A stretch of DNA of 64,000 bases from the human T2T-CHM13v2.0 reference genome, Homo sapiens. Position 1 is the stretch's first letter. Every line of letters begins with the position of its first letter. The position numbers and the translations under genes were made by a program. Where the stretch lies: NCBI RefSeq assembly GCF_009914755.1, contig NC_060927.1; one strand, 5' to 3'. This document shows positions 1 through 15,987 of the stretch, in pieces. The notes under the pieces were generated by a model. The model saw nothing but the letters and a program-made list of their open reading frames with translations, was not told where the DNA came from and did not search any database.

Positions 1-179
1 TCAAATGTACAAAAAAGTACACACTATAAATTGGAAAACATGTTTTCATCCCACTTTTCCTTCTCAAAGATAGGCAGTGTTACCTTTTAATGCACTTACA
101 AGCAAATTCTGCTCCCTCCTCCCCAGCTCGATATAAATGATTGTATTTTTTGTCTGACTGCTTGGAAAAGATCAAAAGT

Positions 180-390
180 TTTGGCCTCAGCAGAGACTTA
201 GTAAATGGCCCAGCCAGACTCAAAAGTATCTATGTGACTTTCAGTAAAAGCAGCTCACATCGCTGAAGTTTAATTTTTTTATTTGTAAAAATGAAGGAAA
301 TTGTTACCTCAGAGGGTTGCTTACCTCAAAAAAGTACAAATAAACCAATTCCTGTAACATAGAGGTTGTTTAATAAATTATAGTTAACGC
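180..390 (+). mobile_element. Degenerate MIR SINE
   Basis: Core-like tgtgactt...tttgtaaaaatg...acctcagagggttg and 3' taataaat; very diverged. Confidence 0.4.
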
Positions 391-1339
391 ATTTGTTATG
401 ATTACATATATTATTGCTGTTTTAATTAATTTCATTGTTAAGAGACAGCAAAACCCAGAAATGATTAGAGATCATTCTAAAAGCATGACCAAAGAAAAGT
501 ATCCTTGGTAAGAGATTCCGGTTCTAAATGTCAGAACAATGAGCAAATAGCATTAGTTGGCTTTTAATCCCCATAGATGTAAGGAACTGCTTTCTTGTTC
601 TTATCTAGATTTCTTTCCTCCCGCAATATAATTGTTCACAGCATCCTCTCCTAAAACAAATAGAAAAAAACACTTTGATTCAAAATCTCTAACCTCTTAG
701 CTTTCTTTCTCTGCTTGTATTAGAGAAACTTGCTAATTGACTTTCCACATCTTTCTGTAATAAGATATATCAACTCCACTCATCACTGGGTATTATTTAT
801 GAAGACTCGCTATTGTTTCCCCAAGAAGAGAAGTGATTATAAAATGATCACACCTTATCCATGCAAGACCCAAGAGAAAAAAGCTCCAACTCATGTCTGG
901 TGATTAGCAGAGTGCTTCGTATACATAGGTACTCATTAAGTAATTATTGAGGAAATGAATTGCTGGCACACAAAGCAATTGGAAACTCTCACTACAGCAA
1001 CTTGACTATGGCTGGCACATGTCCTAATTCTTCTTACAAAAAAATCCACGGTCCTTTCACTATTCTTAGGAAATGATCATCTCTCATATTCTTAGTCTTC
1101 TCCTCTACATGGTTGTCACTCGGACTCATTATACAAAGAAACAAAGATAAAGAGCATTGCACACAAACAAAACAAAAAAATCAGCAAAGCAAAACTCCAG
1201 AGGTTCTGCATACTGACCTCACAGAATGCACCAGTTTTATTTCTTGATTTGAACATTATATTTGTACTATATGATACTATATTAGCTATTTTCAGGTGTG
1301 GAAATCTCCTTTTCTGTTAATATTGATGTATTTAATTTT

Positions 1340-2105
1340 TTTTAAAGTTTTACTTTTTTTGACAAATTATAATTGTATGTACTATGGAGTACAATGCTAA
1401 TTTTGATATATGTATGCATTGCAGAATGATCAAATAAGGGAAATTAGCATATCTATTACTTCAAAAATTTACTATTTCTTTGTGGTAAGAACATTTAAAA
1501 TCCTCTCGTTTAGCTGTTTTGAAATATACAATACATTATTATTAACCATAGTCACCCTGCTGTGCAACAGAACACCAGAACTTATTCTTCTTATCAAACT
1601 GTAATTTTGTACCCGTTGACCAAAGTCTCCCTTTTCCCCATCCACTTTCCCTTCAGGACCTACCCCAGCCTCTTGTAACCGCCATTTTACTCTCTACTTC
1701 TAAGAGTTTGGCTTTTTAAATTTCGACATATAAGTGGCATTATACAGTATTTGTCTTTCCATGTGTGGCTTATTTCACTTAAAGTTATGTCCTCTAGGTT
1801 CATCAGTGTTGTTGCAAATGTTAGAGTCTGCTGTATTTAAAAGCGGAATAGTATTCTACTGTGTCTATACAACATTTTAAAAATCAATTCATCCATTGAT
1901 AGACATTTCAGATTTTTCTTTATCTTGGTTATAGTGAATAATGCTGCAATGAACATGGGAGTGTAGACATCTCTTTGGCATACTTATTTCAATCTTTTTG
2001 GGTATATGCCCAATAGTGGGATTGCTGGATCATATGTTAATCCTACTTTTAGCTTTTTGAAGAACTTCCGTACTGTTTTTCAATATGGCTACTAGTTTAC
2101 AATAC
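1340..2105 (-). mobile_element. L1MA-type 3' end (3'UTR + ORF2 end), non-inverted arm of a 5'-inverted L1
   Basis: T-rich tail, then antisense L1MA 3'UTR (ttaaccatagtcaccctgctgtgcaacagaacaccagaactt) and ORF2 end (gtgggattgctggatcatatg). Confidence 0.85.
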
Positions 2106-2457
2106 CAAATGGGATTACATCAAACTAAAATGCTTCTGTACAGCAAAGGAAACAATTAATAGAGTGAAAAGACAGTCTACAAATTGGGAAAAAATATTTG
2201 CAAATAATTCACTGGGTCAGGGGCTAATACTGAAAATATACAAGGAACTCAAACTACTTAATAACAAGAAACTGACCCTGTTAAATGTACACAAAGGGCT
2301 TGAACAGACATTCTCAAAAGAAGACATACAAATGGCCAATAAATATATGAAAAGATGTTCAACATTTCTAACTGTCAGATCATGCAAATCACAACCACAA
2401 TAACATATTACCTCACACTTATTAGATTGGCTATTATCAAAAAGAAGAAAGAACAAG
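2106..2457 (+). mobile_element. L1 ORF2 fragment, inverted arm of the same element
   Basis: aaatgggattacatcaaactaaaa...; ORF 2164-2403 resembles ORF2 (WEKIFAN...[10 protein letters not shown]...[17 protein letters not shown]). Confidence 0.85.
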
Positions 2458-5400
2458 TTTTCAACATTAATAATTTTCTGCCTTTCTTTGCACTCCCCTA
2501 CCCTTCTGAAAGCAAAAGAGAGGAAACTGAAGATTGTTTCTTCTCCGCTGGTCATCTAAGGTTTGTTTGCTTACTTTTCTCAGCAAAGAAAGAAAATTGG
2601 GAACAAAAATAAATATTGTACTTAAGTTATGAAACTGCTTTAAACAAATCTCTCTCTCTCTCTTCTCTTTCTCATTTGAAGGTAATTCTTATTGTGCCAT
2701 TTGCTTATTCCTAAATCCTGTCATGGGCAGAATATTCTTACTACAACTATCATATTAAATTCTTTCCACATTTTCTGTTGAGAAATGTAATTATCATTTA
2801 TAGGGATATGTCACAAGAAAGCATGGAATGTATATTATATATGTAAAGACTAGACGTGATAATATTCATAAATAAGTAACTCTCCGCAAATCCATTAATT
2901 AAAATCATCCTAATATTTCTATTGTGGAGGATAATGAAGGATAGCAATTTAGCTTCTGTTCTTACTCTGTGTCTTAATAAGATTGTTATTGGAGTGATTG
3001 CTACACAGGGATACCAGGAAATTTGCAATTGATTTTTATTTACATGACTGTTCTTTTTCTCATTCAAGAATATTGTCTCAGATAAGCAGTAATTACTGGA
3101 ATCAAGAAACTCTTTATTACAAGAAACTAAATAATATTGTTGATAATGGAAGGATGATCTCAGTGGATGAGTTCACTAATATCTGTCTTTTTTTCCAAAC
3201 CTAAAACTCTTCTCTTGTATTTTAACATTTCTATGCTAAAAGAATACTACTTCTATTGTATAAAAATTAATGTGTACATTATAAAAGTTCCAAATATAAA
3301 AATATGACTCCTTTGGAATGAGTCTTAATTTGGTAAAAAATGTTTTGGAACATGCTGAAGTTTCCCTTTGTTTGTAGCCTTTTCACAGTGTTAGATCAAA
3401 ATGGGAAAGGAAAGGGGTAAGAAGGCAGTGGTAAGGAAGCTACAGAGCACATGTTTTAACATTCAAAAATTAGCACATATTTTTAGACAAATAAACATGA
3501 ACTTATAGGGAAAAGAATATTTGAAATTATGGCTGTCATTGAAAATATGAAAGATAAGTCATATATATATTTTTTTGCTTTTATGGTCTTCTGTAAAAAA
3601 TCTGAAATGATGAAAAGTTAAAAAGTATCACAATTAGATTTCTTTTTGCTTACACAAATGTTTTAATGATCAAACACATCTGCTTAATAAGCATCAATTT
3701 ACTAATAAAAGTGTTACATGTGCTAAGGAAGAAAAGGTATTTATATACTATCTGACAGAGAGGAATATTACTCAATTTTATCTTGTAGTTTATTCAACAG
3801 TGACTAAACTCCAAAACTTTATCTGTTTCAAACATATTTTCAAATGAGCTGGGAGATACAAATAAAATATAGTTCAGGCTACATATTGGACTGTTGGGGG
3901 CAATAACACAGATTAATAGAAAGGATTCTTCTTAGAAGGAGTAACAATTTAATGAATGACTTAATTTTGTAGCAATAAGTAGTATTTAAATTAAAAATGA
4001 CCCTCCACTTATTTATCAGTTTGTTTTACTAAAATAGAGTCAAAATAGAGGAAAACCTGGCATGGGCAAGTAGTCCTCAGGGACAGTCTGAAAAAACCAT
4101 TAGGGCTTTGGAAAATTTTCATGGACTTGAATAGAGGTGAGGAATGATTATTTCAACACTAAGTCTAGTGTCCATCATATAGTGCCAGTCAGTTCATGTC
4201 AAATAAAAGAGTGGATGAGTGAACAACTGTCAGAATGAGCAAACACATCGGACAGCAGAGCTTGAGTTTAGGCAGCAGTGCTATGATTCTTCTTTGAAGA
4301 TCATCAATCTACTTTGCCTCTCAGTTTCCGAATAATGTAGTTGCAAATAAGCATGAGGAAGCTTAATCATATTTATTTCTGTCTTTATTTATATTTTATG
4401 TAATATATGATATAGTTAGAGGAGGGGGCATGAAAGTATAATACACACCCATGAACTCACCATCCAATCTGAAGAACCTAAGGACAAGAACTGGACCTCT
4501 ATTGCAAAAGCTACTTATGTTTGTTATTCCTTTATGCTGTCTTTGGGCAGGGGTAGCCATTATACATTTAAAAAATAGTTTTACTACATATTTATGTTTT
4601 TGTAAGTAATATTTGTTTTATTTTGCTTTTTGTTAGCTTTATAAAACTTCTATCATACTGGAAGTGATTATTTACCTAAATTATTACCTTTGGTTTACAA
4701 AGGTAAAAAGTATATTCACTTTTACCATTGCAAAATATGCATAAAGTGATTGTTCACTGTCCTGTGGGTGAATAGTTGAGTTGGCTACCATTGTATGTAC
4801 AAATGTATGTATACATTCATGTTGGCCATTACCATGTTGTTATAACAACATTTATTTATTTATAAATATGCTCCTAAAGTATAAACTCCACTCAGGCAGG
4901 AGTGTTTGTATTCTTTTTTTTTTTTTAACCTAGAAAGGTGTATAATTAGTAATGTGTACTCAATAAATGCTTGTCATGGTTGTTGAAAGAAAAGAAAAAT
5001 CAAAAATATTGTATGTGATTCCTAAATGTACATGTGCTTCCTATAATATATGTAATCTTCAACATTTTGCTCACATGTTCCGGAATTTTGAAAATCTGTG
5101 AGATTCTTTATACATTTTAAAGTTGATATTTAATTTGTAATCAACTGTTAAGTGATTGCAAATGATATAATTTATGGTATGTTTATATATTGACATTTTA
5201 AATTGATACTGTAATATAACTCATTTATATGGATACAATGGAATTCAAATAACAACATAATCTTTTACTCATGATCATTTACTTATAAAATGCAGAAAAA
5301 AGGTATTTTCTGAACCAGAAATTTTGTATATTTTCTCCTAAACTCATGTTTCCATTTCACTTCTTCCACAGAATTTTATCCTAATGCAAAATATAGTTGT

Positions 5401-6459
5401 ACTTATATTCCCTATATTTGACACCCTCTTATATGTTGCAACAAAAAATAATATATAAATATATAAAGAAATAATGTTTAAATATGTATATAAATTTGAT
5501 TTAAAAATTTGCTATGCCTTTAAGACTGTCACGTGTTAAATTTTTTTTGGATTTAGTTATCATAACAACTATTAGCATACAATTGGTTAAATCCATTTCA
5601 AAGATAATTACCAAACATAAAGTAAAACTTTATTTGGAAATGCATCTCTTGAGATGGTTGGGGCTGTTATTTTTCTGTTTGCTCCTGGTTCTTGGATGAC
5701 TATCACCTACTACTGAAATGAAACAGGGTTCAGTGGAAATTCAGAGTAAGATAAATTATTAGGCTACCAGTAAAGTGCAGTGTTTACATAAAGTGTTAAA
5801 ATGGTCACTACTAAGTGCATATCGTATATAGTAGAATCCACTTTCTCTTCCCATAGGAATAAAATCAACAAATAAGAAAAGTGGTTGACAAGTTACAAAC
5901 AATATATTTATTACGAAGTAAAAAAATAAGGCTTTTAGGTGTCCAATGGTGTTTGTGAGGTAAAATGCAGGAGAATGTTTCTCCTATGAGTAATAAACAG
6001 TTCAAAACTATAAACCATTGTTTTTACTTCCAATATATGTACGATTTCCTCAAAGATTTAATGCTGACATATCAGAATTAAACATAAACAATTTTAACTT
6101 TAATTCTTTGAAATTATGCAAAATATTCAGTTCAGACACAGTCTTAGACAATTTCAGGGCATGAGATTTGGAGAAGGTTGTTTTATTTCTAGGGCAGTTT
6201 TTAAATACATTCTGAATATTTTAATTCTAAGCTAGATTGTGCAATAAGGCATGGAGCCACAGGTTGCCTATGTTGCTGTCTTTGGTGTTTCTTACCCTCA
6301 CACTTTTTTTTTTGCTTTGCTATCATTATCAAGAGTCTCTCCCTCGAGTACAATGCCTTCTCCCATAATTACTGGATGAAAAAGTGAAGCCATTAAGTGA
6401 AATTGTCATCACTGTCATTATCCCACTCTACAATAAATATGAATTCACTGTAGTCTAAT

Positions 6460-6462
<3 letters not shown>

Positions 6463-6495
<33 letters not shown>

Positions 6496-6498
6496 TGT
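6463..6498. repeat. (TG)n microsatellite
   Basis: Direct reading. Confidence 0.95.
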
Positions 6499-6611
6499 GG
6501 CAGGGGGGATATTTCTAATGCCCACTTTGTCTTTAATAGAAGCACATCTATATATGATTGAAAAAGGCACAAAGCCATAAAGCTTGTTGATGTTACAATC
6601 ATTAAAGTTGA

Positions 6612-8213
<1,602 letters not shown>

Positions 8214-8368
8214 GGATTGTTGTCTTCCTCCAAATAGCTTTTGTAGCCCAACTGTATTATTATCTATGAGTCACAATTATAAAAATACATATGTATTTGA
8301 AATGATTTATGGATATTTAACAATAAACATTTAATCGGCCCCATTAGCTTTATGTGAAAAAAAAAAAA
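8214..8368 (+). other. L1 3' transduced segment with its own AATAAA and second polyA
   Basis: Unique sequence between the L1 polyA and the 3' TSD copy; AATAAA at 8322-8327, A-run at 8357-8368. Confidence 0.85.
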
Positions 8369-8719
8369 GTTGAATTTTCTGCCCCCGGTATTGTAAATTG
8401 CTTCCATTATGTAGCTTTCTTGAAGCTTGTACCATTTATGGTCAATTATTCTTATGAAATAAAGATGTGTGAGAAAGTTTTTTTAATAAAGTAGAAGAAA
8501 TTGTGATTTTTGAATAGAGGGATGAAAAATAATTGTCAATACATGTCTAGCTTCTACTAAAGACATTCTCAGACAGATGGCCTTAGACTACATATATCAC
8601 GTATGGAAGTTGGGGATCTGACAATTTATTTCCTTAAAACTGTGTCTGTAAGAAACTCCTTGTGTACCCCACGGTTACATATGTCCTAGTTTGAAGACTT
8701 CTGATATGTACTTGAGAAT

Positions 8720-9610
8720 GGATTGTCCCATCATGGGATATGCCGCTTTTCCTCTTTGTAACTGCCAAATTATTTACTTAGCTACTCTAACAAGAGAGTA
8801 TAAGACTTCTCATTTTTTTCTATATCTTTGTCAACACTTATTGCCAGATTTATTAATTTTAGGCAATTGAGTGGTTATAAAAGGAAATTAGATTTTGGTA
8901 TTAAATAGAATTTTCATGATTTTAAATTTACTAATGAGATAGAACATCTTTCCTTATGTTTATTTTCCTTTCATGATTCCTCATCAGTGCAATGCCAATG
9001 CGTGTCTCATTGTTCATTTTTCTACTGGGTCATTTGCCTTTTCATTATTGTTTTGTAGAACGTTTTTTCTGGATTTTAATAATACATTTGTTGTATATGT
9101 TGTAAATATCTTTTCTTAGTTTTTGGTTAGTCTTTTCAGTTTTTTTTTTAAATGGAATCTTTTGATGAACAGAGTTCTCAATGTAATGCAGTCTAATTGA
9201 TCTTTGCTTTTTTTCTTTAATGATTAGAGCTTTTTGTTTTCAGTTAAAAAAATCTTTTCTATTCATAGTTTATAAAGATATCTTGCTCCCGTACAATTTC
9301 TAAAAGCTTTCTAAAAGTTTCGTATTTTACATTTAAGTCTTTAATCCATCTGGAATTGATTTTTTTGTGTGGTTTGAAGTAGAGATCCAATTTCAGTTTT
9401 TGCATCATTATCCAGTACTGTTGATTGTTTAGTGCATCTCTTGCCTAATGATCTGCAGTGCTATCTCTCTCTGTTACACATCAAGTTGTGTGTATGTGTG
9501 TGTGTGTGTGTGTGTGTTTCTGGACTTTCTTTTCTTGTATTCGCTTTCTATCCCTATGCAAATACTTCATTCTTTTTAGTTCTATACTTTTATAACAAGT
9601 CTGGCTATCT
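8720..9610 (-). mobile_element. Old L1M ORF2 fragment (contains (TG)n at ~9487-9516)
   Basis: Antisense ORF2 motifs such as acatttaagtctttaatccatctggaattgatttttt. Confidence 0.7.
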
Positions 9611-10347
9611 GTGACAGATTAAAAGGGACAGCAATTTTTTTACATATTTCCATCAGATGGAAGAATATGTTTCCTACCATTAAAAATTGTGCTGCTCTGT
9701 AACTATTTTGACCAATGGAATATGACTCCAGAACTAGACCTTAGGGTACCTGACAGTTTCCAGTGTGATCTGAGGGATCCCTGTGGCACCAAGAAAGACA
9801 TCTAGGTTCCCTGCTGGAGTGGCCAGATGGTGAGACCTTAACAACTACATGCAGAGGGAGAAGGAGCCAGCTAAATCCACATTGCTGGCTGTTCCTGCTA
9901 AGGTAATACATATTTGATTGAAGCTGTCTTGGATCCTCCAGAACAATTAACATCTAGCTGGGTACCACTGAGTGATCCCAGTTGACACTACATTCAGTCA
10001 GAAAAAAAAATAATAATAACACAGCTGTGATGGCTTCCTGATATGTCAATTTGTTCACCCTGTGGATAGCAGCTTCAGCCTATGCATATGGTCTTCCCTT
10101 CCTGGTTTCCTGTTGGTATAGACTTCGGGCTTAGCCCTCAAAATTGCATAAGCCAAATTGCTTGTAATAAATAAATCTTTGTAATAATTTCCTGCTGAGT
10201 CCACTTCTCTGATTTGAAATTTACTGATATATTAGCCAGGTCCTGCTCAAATTCTTGACCCATAAAAATCATAAGATTAATAAGATAGTTGTTTTAAGGC
10301 ACTGAATTTTAAAATTGTTTGCAATAGAGCAGTAGAAAACCAAAACA
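9611..10347 (+). mobile_element. MLT1 (G/H-like) MaLR LTR, interrupted by an MLT2-like piece
   Basis: ttttgaccaatggaatatg, aagctgtcttggatcctccag, 3' end gttgttttaaggcactgaatttt...agcagtagaaaaccaaaaca. Confidence 0.7.
10026..10231 (+). mobile_element. MLT2-like ERVL LTR remnant nested in MLT1
   Basis: tgtgatgg...atatgtcaatttg start; aattgcataagccaaattgcttgtaataaataaatc...cttctctgat...actgatata end. Confidence 0.55.
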
Positions 10348-10384
10348 ATATTTCATGAAGCAAGTTATTGGATTTTTAAAAAAT

Positions 10385-10800
10385 GAGTATCTTAGCTATT
10401 CCTGTTTTTTTTTTCTATACAAATATTAAAGTCAACTTATCCAGTTTCTTTACAAACTCTATTGGTATTTTGATGGGAATTGAATTACATTCACAGACCA
10501 ATATTAGGAGAATGGCAATTATAATATTGAATTATAATATTGAATCTTCCTATCCATCTGCCTATTTTTCTATTTAATCCTTTAATGTTTTTCAATAATG
10601 TTTCAATTTTTCCTCCAAAGGGTATATTATATACTTTTGTCATGTTTTTCTAGATATTTGATTTTTATTGCTCTTATATCTAGGTATTTATTATAATTTA
10701 AAAGTCTATTTGTTTCTATGGGTGGTAAATTATTTTTATATACTAATCTTATGTTTCTACAACCATGTTGAACTCATTAATTATAACACTTAGCCTAAAT
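10385..10800 (-). mobile_element. Old L1M ORF2 fragment (continuation of 8720-9610)
   Basis: ttggtattttgatgggaattg...atattgaatcttcctatccat. Confidence 0.65.
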
Positions 10801-11344
10801 AACTTTTTAAGTTTTCCATCTTGCTTTTATCCTCTCCCTTCGTCCCATGTCTTCTCTTTATAGACTCTAAATGGGAGGTGAATAGAGACGAAGAGATGAT
10901 TTGAAGTTTATCCATGGTCTGAGGGCTCTGGGAAGACTGGCAAAAAGCAGATGAAGTTTATCTTTCGTGCTATTCTACCCTTTAGATGTCCTGCACTTCC
11001 TGTGGTCATTTATTTCCCTTTTGAGTGTCCCATGTTCTTATGTGGAGACAGAGGAAATGAAACTCATAAAATTGATCCTAAGGAATTTGTGGCTTATGTG
11101 ATACCCATAGCAGATTGTTTTTTCAAAGACTGCGCTCTCTCTCTCTCTCTCTGTGCGTGTGTGTGAATCCTATCCAATATGCTCTTACAATTTGATGTTG
11201 CCATGCTTCCATCAAGTGGTAAGGGGTTTTATATTATCTCTCCTCAAAATTATGCGGGCTTTTGTAAGTGTCACACACATATGCACGATTTTCTTCTGTA
11301 CTCTTTTGAATCTGAATTATTTCATTCACCAAAATATTAAAAAT

Positions 11345-12005
11345 TTATCCATATATCACTAGTTCATTTTTTTATTGCTAAGTAGCATTTCATTGTATGA
11401 TTTTATCACAGTCAAGACTTCTCTTTATGGACACCTGGTAATGTGAACAATGTTGATATAAACATTTTTGTGCAATGCCTTTTTAAAAAATCCATTTTTA
11501 ATTTTTTTTTCGGATAAATATCTGTGAGAATAATTGCTGGGTCCCAGGGAAATTACATACTCAACTTTTAAAGAAATGGCCTAACCATTTTGAAAGTGGT
11601 TGCACTATGTCCTCTTGCATGAGCAATGTATGATAGTTCTGTTTACTCCACATCCTCACCAACATTTGGTGTTGCAATTATTTTTCATTTTAACCATTTT
11701 GATAGGCAATATCTAATTGTGGTTTTAATTTGCATTTCCCTGAGATGAATATTAAGCACTTTATTGTGTACTTATTGGCCTTTTTATATATTGTTTTGTG
11801 AAGTCTATTCAAGTGTTTTGTCCTTTTATTTTGTGGATTGTTTGTATTTTTTATTATTGAGTCACAGATACTTTTTGCATATTCTGAAAACCAAGTTTTG
11901 TCAGATATTTATGCCATGCATATTTTCTTCCTGTTTACAGTTTTCCTGTTTATTTTTTGATGGTATATTCTACTGAGCAGAACTTTTCAATTTTGGTTAG
12001 GACTA
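11345..12005 (-). mobile_element. L1MB/MC-type fragment
   Basis: ctccacatcctcaccaacatttgg, tgtggttttaatttgcatttccctga. Confidence 0.75.
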
Positions 12006-12058
12006 ATTTTTAATTTAATCGTATATTAACAATAAGCAGTAGAAAAGAGGAAAGAGGT

Positions 12059-12346
12059 GGCCGGGCACGGTGGCTCATGCCTGTAATCCCAGCACTTTGG
12101 GGGTCCGAGGTGGGCGGATCACCTGAGGTCGGAGTTTGAAACCAGCCTGACCAACATGGAGAAACCCCGTCTCTGCTAAAAATACAAAATTAGCTGGGCG
12201 TGGTGGCACATGCCTGTAATCCCAGCTACTCAGGAGGCTGAGGCAGAGGAATTGCTTGAACCTGGGAGGTGGAGGTTGTGATGAGCCGAGATTGCACCAT
12301 TGCACTACAGCCTGGGCAATAAGAGCAAAACTCCATCTCAAAAAAA
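12059..12346 (+). mobile_element. AluSp
   Basis: Diagnostic ccagcctgaccaacatggagaaacccc and gggcaataagagcaaaactcc; TSD gag(g/a)aaagaggt. Confidence 0.92.
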
Positions 12347-12727
12347 GAGAAAAGAGGTAAAATTTTCAGCCTAACTTACTAAGATGTCATTGCATAAAAG
12401 ACCAAAGATGAGACCTTTGTGTTTTCTTTTCATTAATTCATGTTTTCAAAAATACACAGAGATAAATGTAATTAATTCTTCAAACAATGTGTTCACCTTT
12501 CTGCTTAGCTTTCATGAAGAGTTTTTGTAAACAAAAGTGATATTTCTTTTCAAATGTAGATTTCCTGAAATTATACCTTTAATGAATTTATTTAAAAATA
12601 GGAATATGCTAGTTGAGAGAACAAAATCACTTTAAGGAAAACAACATTTTGGAATTGAGCTAAACAATGTATATAAAGTTAATTTAAAATGAAAGATCAA
12701 GGATTGTAAAAGTTCTTCCCCAAGGAA

Positions 12728-12797
12728 TGTGTGTGTCTATGTGGGGTGGGTGCGTGTGTGTGTATGTGTGTGTGTATGTGTGTGTGTGTGCATGTGC
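12728..12797. repeat. Imperfect (TG)n repeat
   Basis: Direct reading. Confidence 0.9.
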
Positions 12798-13840
12798 ACA
12801 GCATGTTTATATGTGTTTACACTTTAGTAGAGATCATCCTGGCCTTGTCCTTCCTTTCAAACTGTCACAACCCTCAGACAACAGAGAACCAGCACAATAT
12901 CCCTGCATGGCCATCTTCAGACTCTTTAAGGGAGATAGTGAAGGAAAAAAAATCAGTTATAATTTGGATTTGTCTCTTTTTATGACAATGCACTGGTCTT
13001 TTAATCAGACCAATGCCTCCTGTGGTTTTAGTTAACGAATAAAAATGCACAAATGATTGTATATGAACTCTGTGTTAGAAAAGGGTTATCACCTTGAAGC
13101 AGAACTCTAATAACCTGACTCTGATAACATCAAGTTAGGCTTGCAATTTACAAATGATCATTTCAAAGATGTTTTAAATTGTTTTTATTTTGATTACTTT
13201 AGAGGATTAAAAGCCTGAAACTGGTATGTCTGTTTCAATAAAATTCAGCCAAAGGTGAGGAAAAAAACAAGACCTAAGCAAAAGTTAATAGCAAGTACCA
13301 CTGGCATATTTAATGGGATCAAATTTGATCTTATTTATAAATGCATTAAATGGTTCATCTGCATTTTCTATTGAGTGTCAGGGCAGCGTATAATTAAGAA
13401 AAATTGTAATTGTAGAGTATTCTATCATTTGCTTAACAATCTTCCTACACTTTGTTTAACGTTCTTTAAAATGATTCATTCTTTGGAAAGGGTTATGTTC
13501 CTTTTCAAAGAGGGCTAGCTATGTCTAAGGACGGGATTCAAAATTATAGTGGTTGGTTTTATATAGATGCTATAAATTAGTAAATAACTATTAGCTGGTT
13601 ATCCAATTAAAGGAGGGTAGGTTAGGATAATTTATGCAGTTGGAGAAAGGGAAAACTGCTGAGGGAAAAAAGAAACATATTTTTTCTTTATGCTTCATTT
13701 GTACACCAGAATCATACTGCTATGGGTACGATTCCATTTGTATTTGGCCTCAAAATTAAAAAAAAAAAAGCATGAGTCAGTTATAAATATGATTTGAATA
13801 GATAGACAAGATAATATATTTAACCTTTAGTCAGGGCAAC

Positions 13841-14223
13841 TGTTAAGGACTGAATTGTGTTTTCTTAAAATTCATATGCTGAAGACCTAACCCTCAGTGT
13901 GATAGTATTTTGAGATAGGGGATTTAAGGGGATAATTAAGTTAAAATTAGGTCATAAGGGGTGAGGCCTCAATCCAGTAGGGCTGATGTCCGTAAGAGAA
14001 GAGAAAGAAACATCAAGAGTGCGTGCACAGTAGAAAGGCCATGTGAGGACAGGGAGAGAAGGTGGCTGTCTGCAAATCAGGAAGAGAGGCCTCACTGGAA
14101 ATCAACTCTGCAGGCATCTTGATACTAGACTTCCAGCCATCAGAATGTGAGAAAATAAATTTCTGTTTTATAAGTTACTCAGTCTGTGGTATTCCGTTAT
14201 GGCAGCCCAAGCAGACTAATACA
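13841..14223 (+). mobile_element. MLT1A/B-type MaLR solo LTR
   Basis: tgtt..ggactgaattgtgt start, ggccatgtgaggaca, tgagaaaataaatttctgtt, ends gcagactaataca. Confidence 0.9.
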
Positions 14224-14589
14224 GGAGATGAGTAGAATCTAGCCTCTAAGTTTTAATATCAATTTATACGTTAGAGTAAATGAAACTTGTATCAGTTGGA
14301 CACAGCCAACCTTACTTTACTTTTATATTTATAAGTAATTATGTTACTTAATATGTGTCAACATTTAAAATAAGCTGCATATAATATCTTTTAGTTTATA
14401 AAATATTTTCACATTCATTAACTCATTTGATTACGAAGAAATATGATGTTCTTGGATAGTCATATTTTGATCTCCTAATAAAATCAGTTAATATGAGTGT
14501 GAAATCTCTAAATAAGGCAGTAGCATGTTAGCATCCTGCTTTACAGTCAAGGAGGCAATGGAAAGAAAATGGATGTGTAAATAAAATAG

Positions 14590-14742
14590 AGCCTTGCTAC
14601 TGAAAGTGTGGTCCATAGATCAGCTGCATTAGCATCACCCAAAAATTTGTAAGAAAGACAGAATCTTGGGGCCTATCTAGACGTATGAATCAAGATTCGA
14701 ATTTTAACAAGATCCGAAATTGCAAAGTTTGTAAAGCATTGG
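14590..14742. mobile_element. MER5A (hAT-Charlie) fossil
   Basis: aaagtgtggtcc...gcattagcatcacc...gaatc...ttttaacaagatcc. Confidence 0.7.
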
Positions 14743-15987
14743 CTTTGAGCACAGAGGAATAAATTAATTTGCTACATGAACGAAGGTGACAGGCGGACTA
14801 ACTAAGAGAAAATGCAAGGTATGCGCCACCAAGGGCCTTAATAGTAAAGGCAACATTTGCTTTGACTGGAGAAACTGTTTTTTTTTTTTTTTTTTCAATA
14901 GAAGGAATTAGGTTTATGGAGAGAAGAAAGTGAATAGTGTCACCTTGGTAGGACGGAGAATATATGGCTGGGAAGGGCATCCGGAACTTTGGTTGTTTTT
15001 TTTGGAAATTAGATTTATAAATCAATATGACAGATATGACAGTGATTAGGAAGAAAAACCATACATCCCATTTTACTTCACATACTTGACAATTATCTGC
15101 CTCCACAATGAAAAGAAATGTAGAGATTCTTTTAACAAAGTCTATTGTTTTTAGATGTTATTTAAAATTTTATCCAACTTAATCAACTTAGAATAATTTT
15201 GGTGTGGGGTATGAGGTAAGAATTGTACTAGTTTTTCCTCCAATTCTTAATGAAATATTTCAATACAATTCATCATATTTTTAGTTCACTTAAAATAAAC
15301 CTTAAGTATACTAAATTATTGTCTTTTCTTGTATTTTTATGTATTCTGTTACAATTTTTTCCCAGCACTAATACCACACTGTTTGACTTTCCAAAGCTCT
15401 GGAAGATGGTTAATGTATGCTAATGTTAATTTCCAATTGTTACTATTTTTCAACTTTAAAAAATCTCCTTACTTGGTTTAAGTGAGATTTAGCACTATCT
15501 TAGCATATTTCTTAAATATTCTGTTTGTGTTTAGAATGTGATTGCTTTCAATATACAATTAACTTTGGAAATAATTCGTATTTTCTCAGTATCCAGAAAC
15601 ATGGTGTTACTGAAGTATTTTATTTTCCTCAGTCAACTTGATTGTTATTTATTCATACAGACAAAACTTAAAACATTCAGTTAATTGGTTAGGAATACTC
15701 ACTACAATAGATACACAGAAATCTGTTAGTTGCTTGAAATTGCTAATTTAATATATTAAAAATTGGTTTCCTACCTAAACAGCTTAAATATTAATTATAC
15801 ACCTTCTATAACATTATATTACATAAATTATAAATTGGGTTTCTGTGATTAACTCTAAAAATATTTTAGGATTTTCTCCAAAGAGGCAGGTTTTAGTAAA
15901 TATCTGTTTCACGTACCACTGTTTGAATCCCTGGACTAATTATCCCAGATTTACTTGTGTTCTGCTACATCTATTAAAAAAAAAACT

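Noticed and set aside
2998-3204. 68-aa ORF after a pyrimidine-rich acceptor-like site
   Set aside because: No convincing donor site and no recognisable protein similarity.
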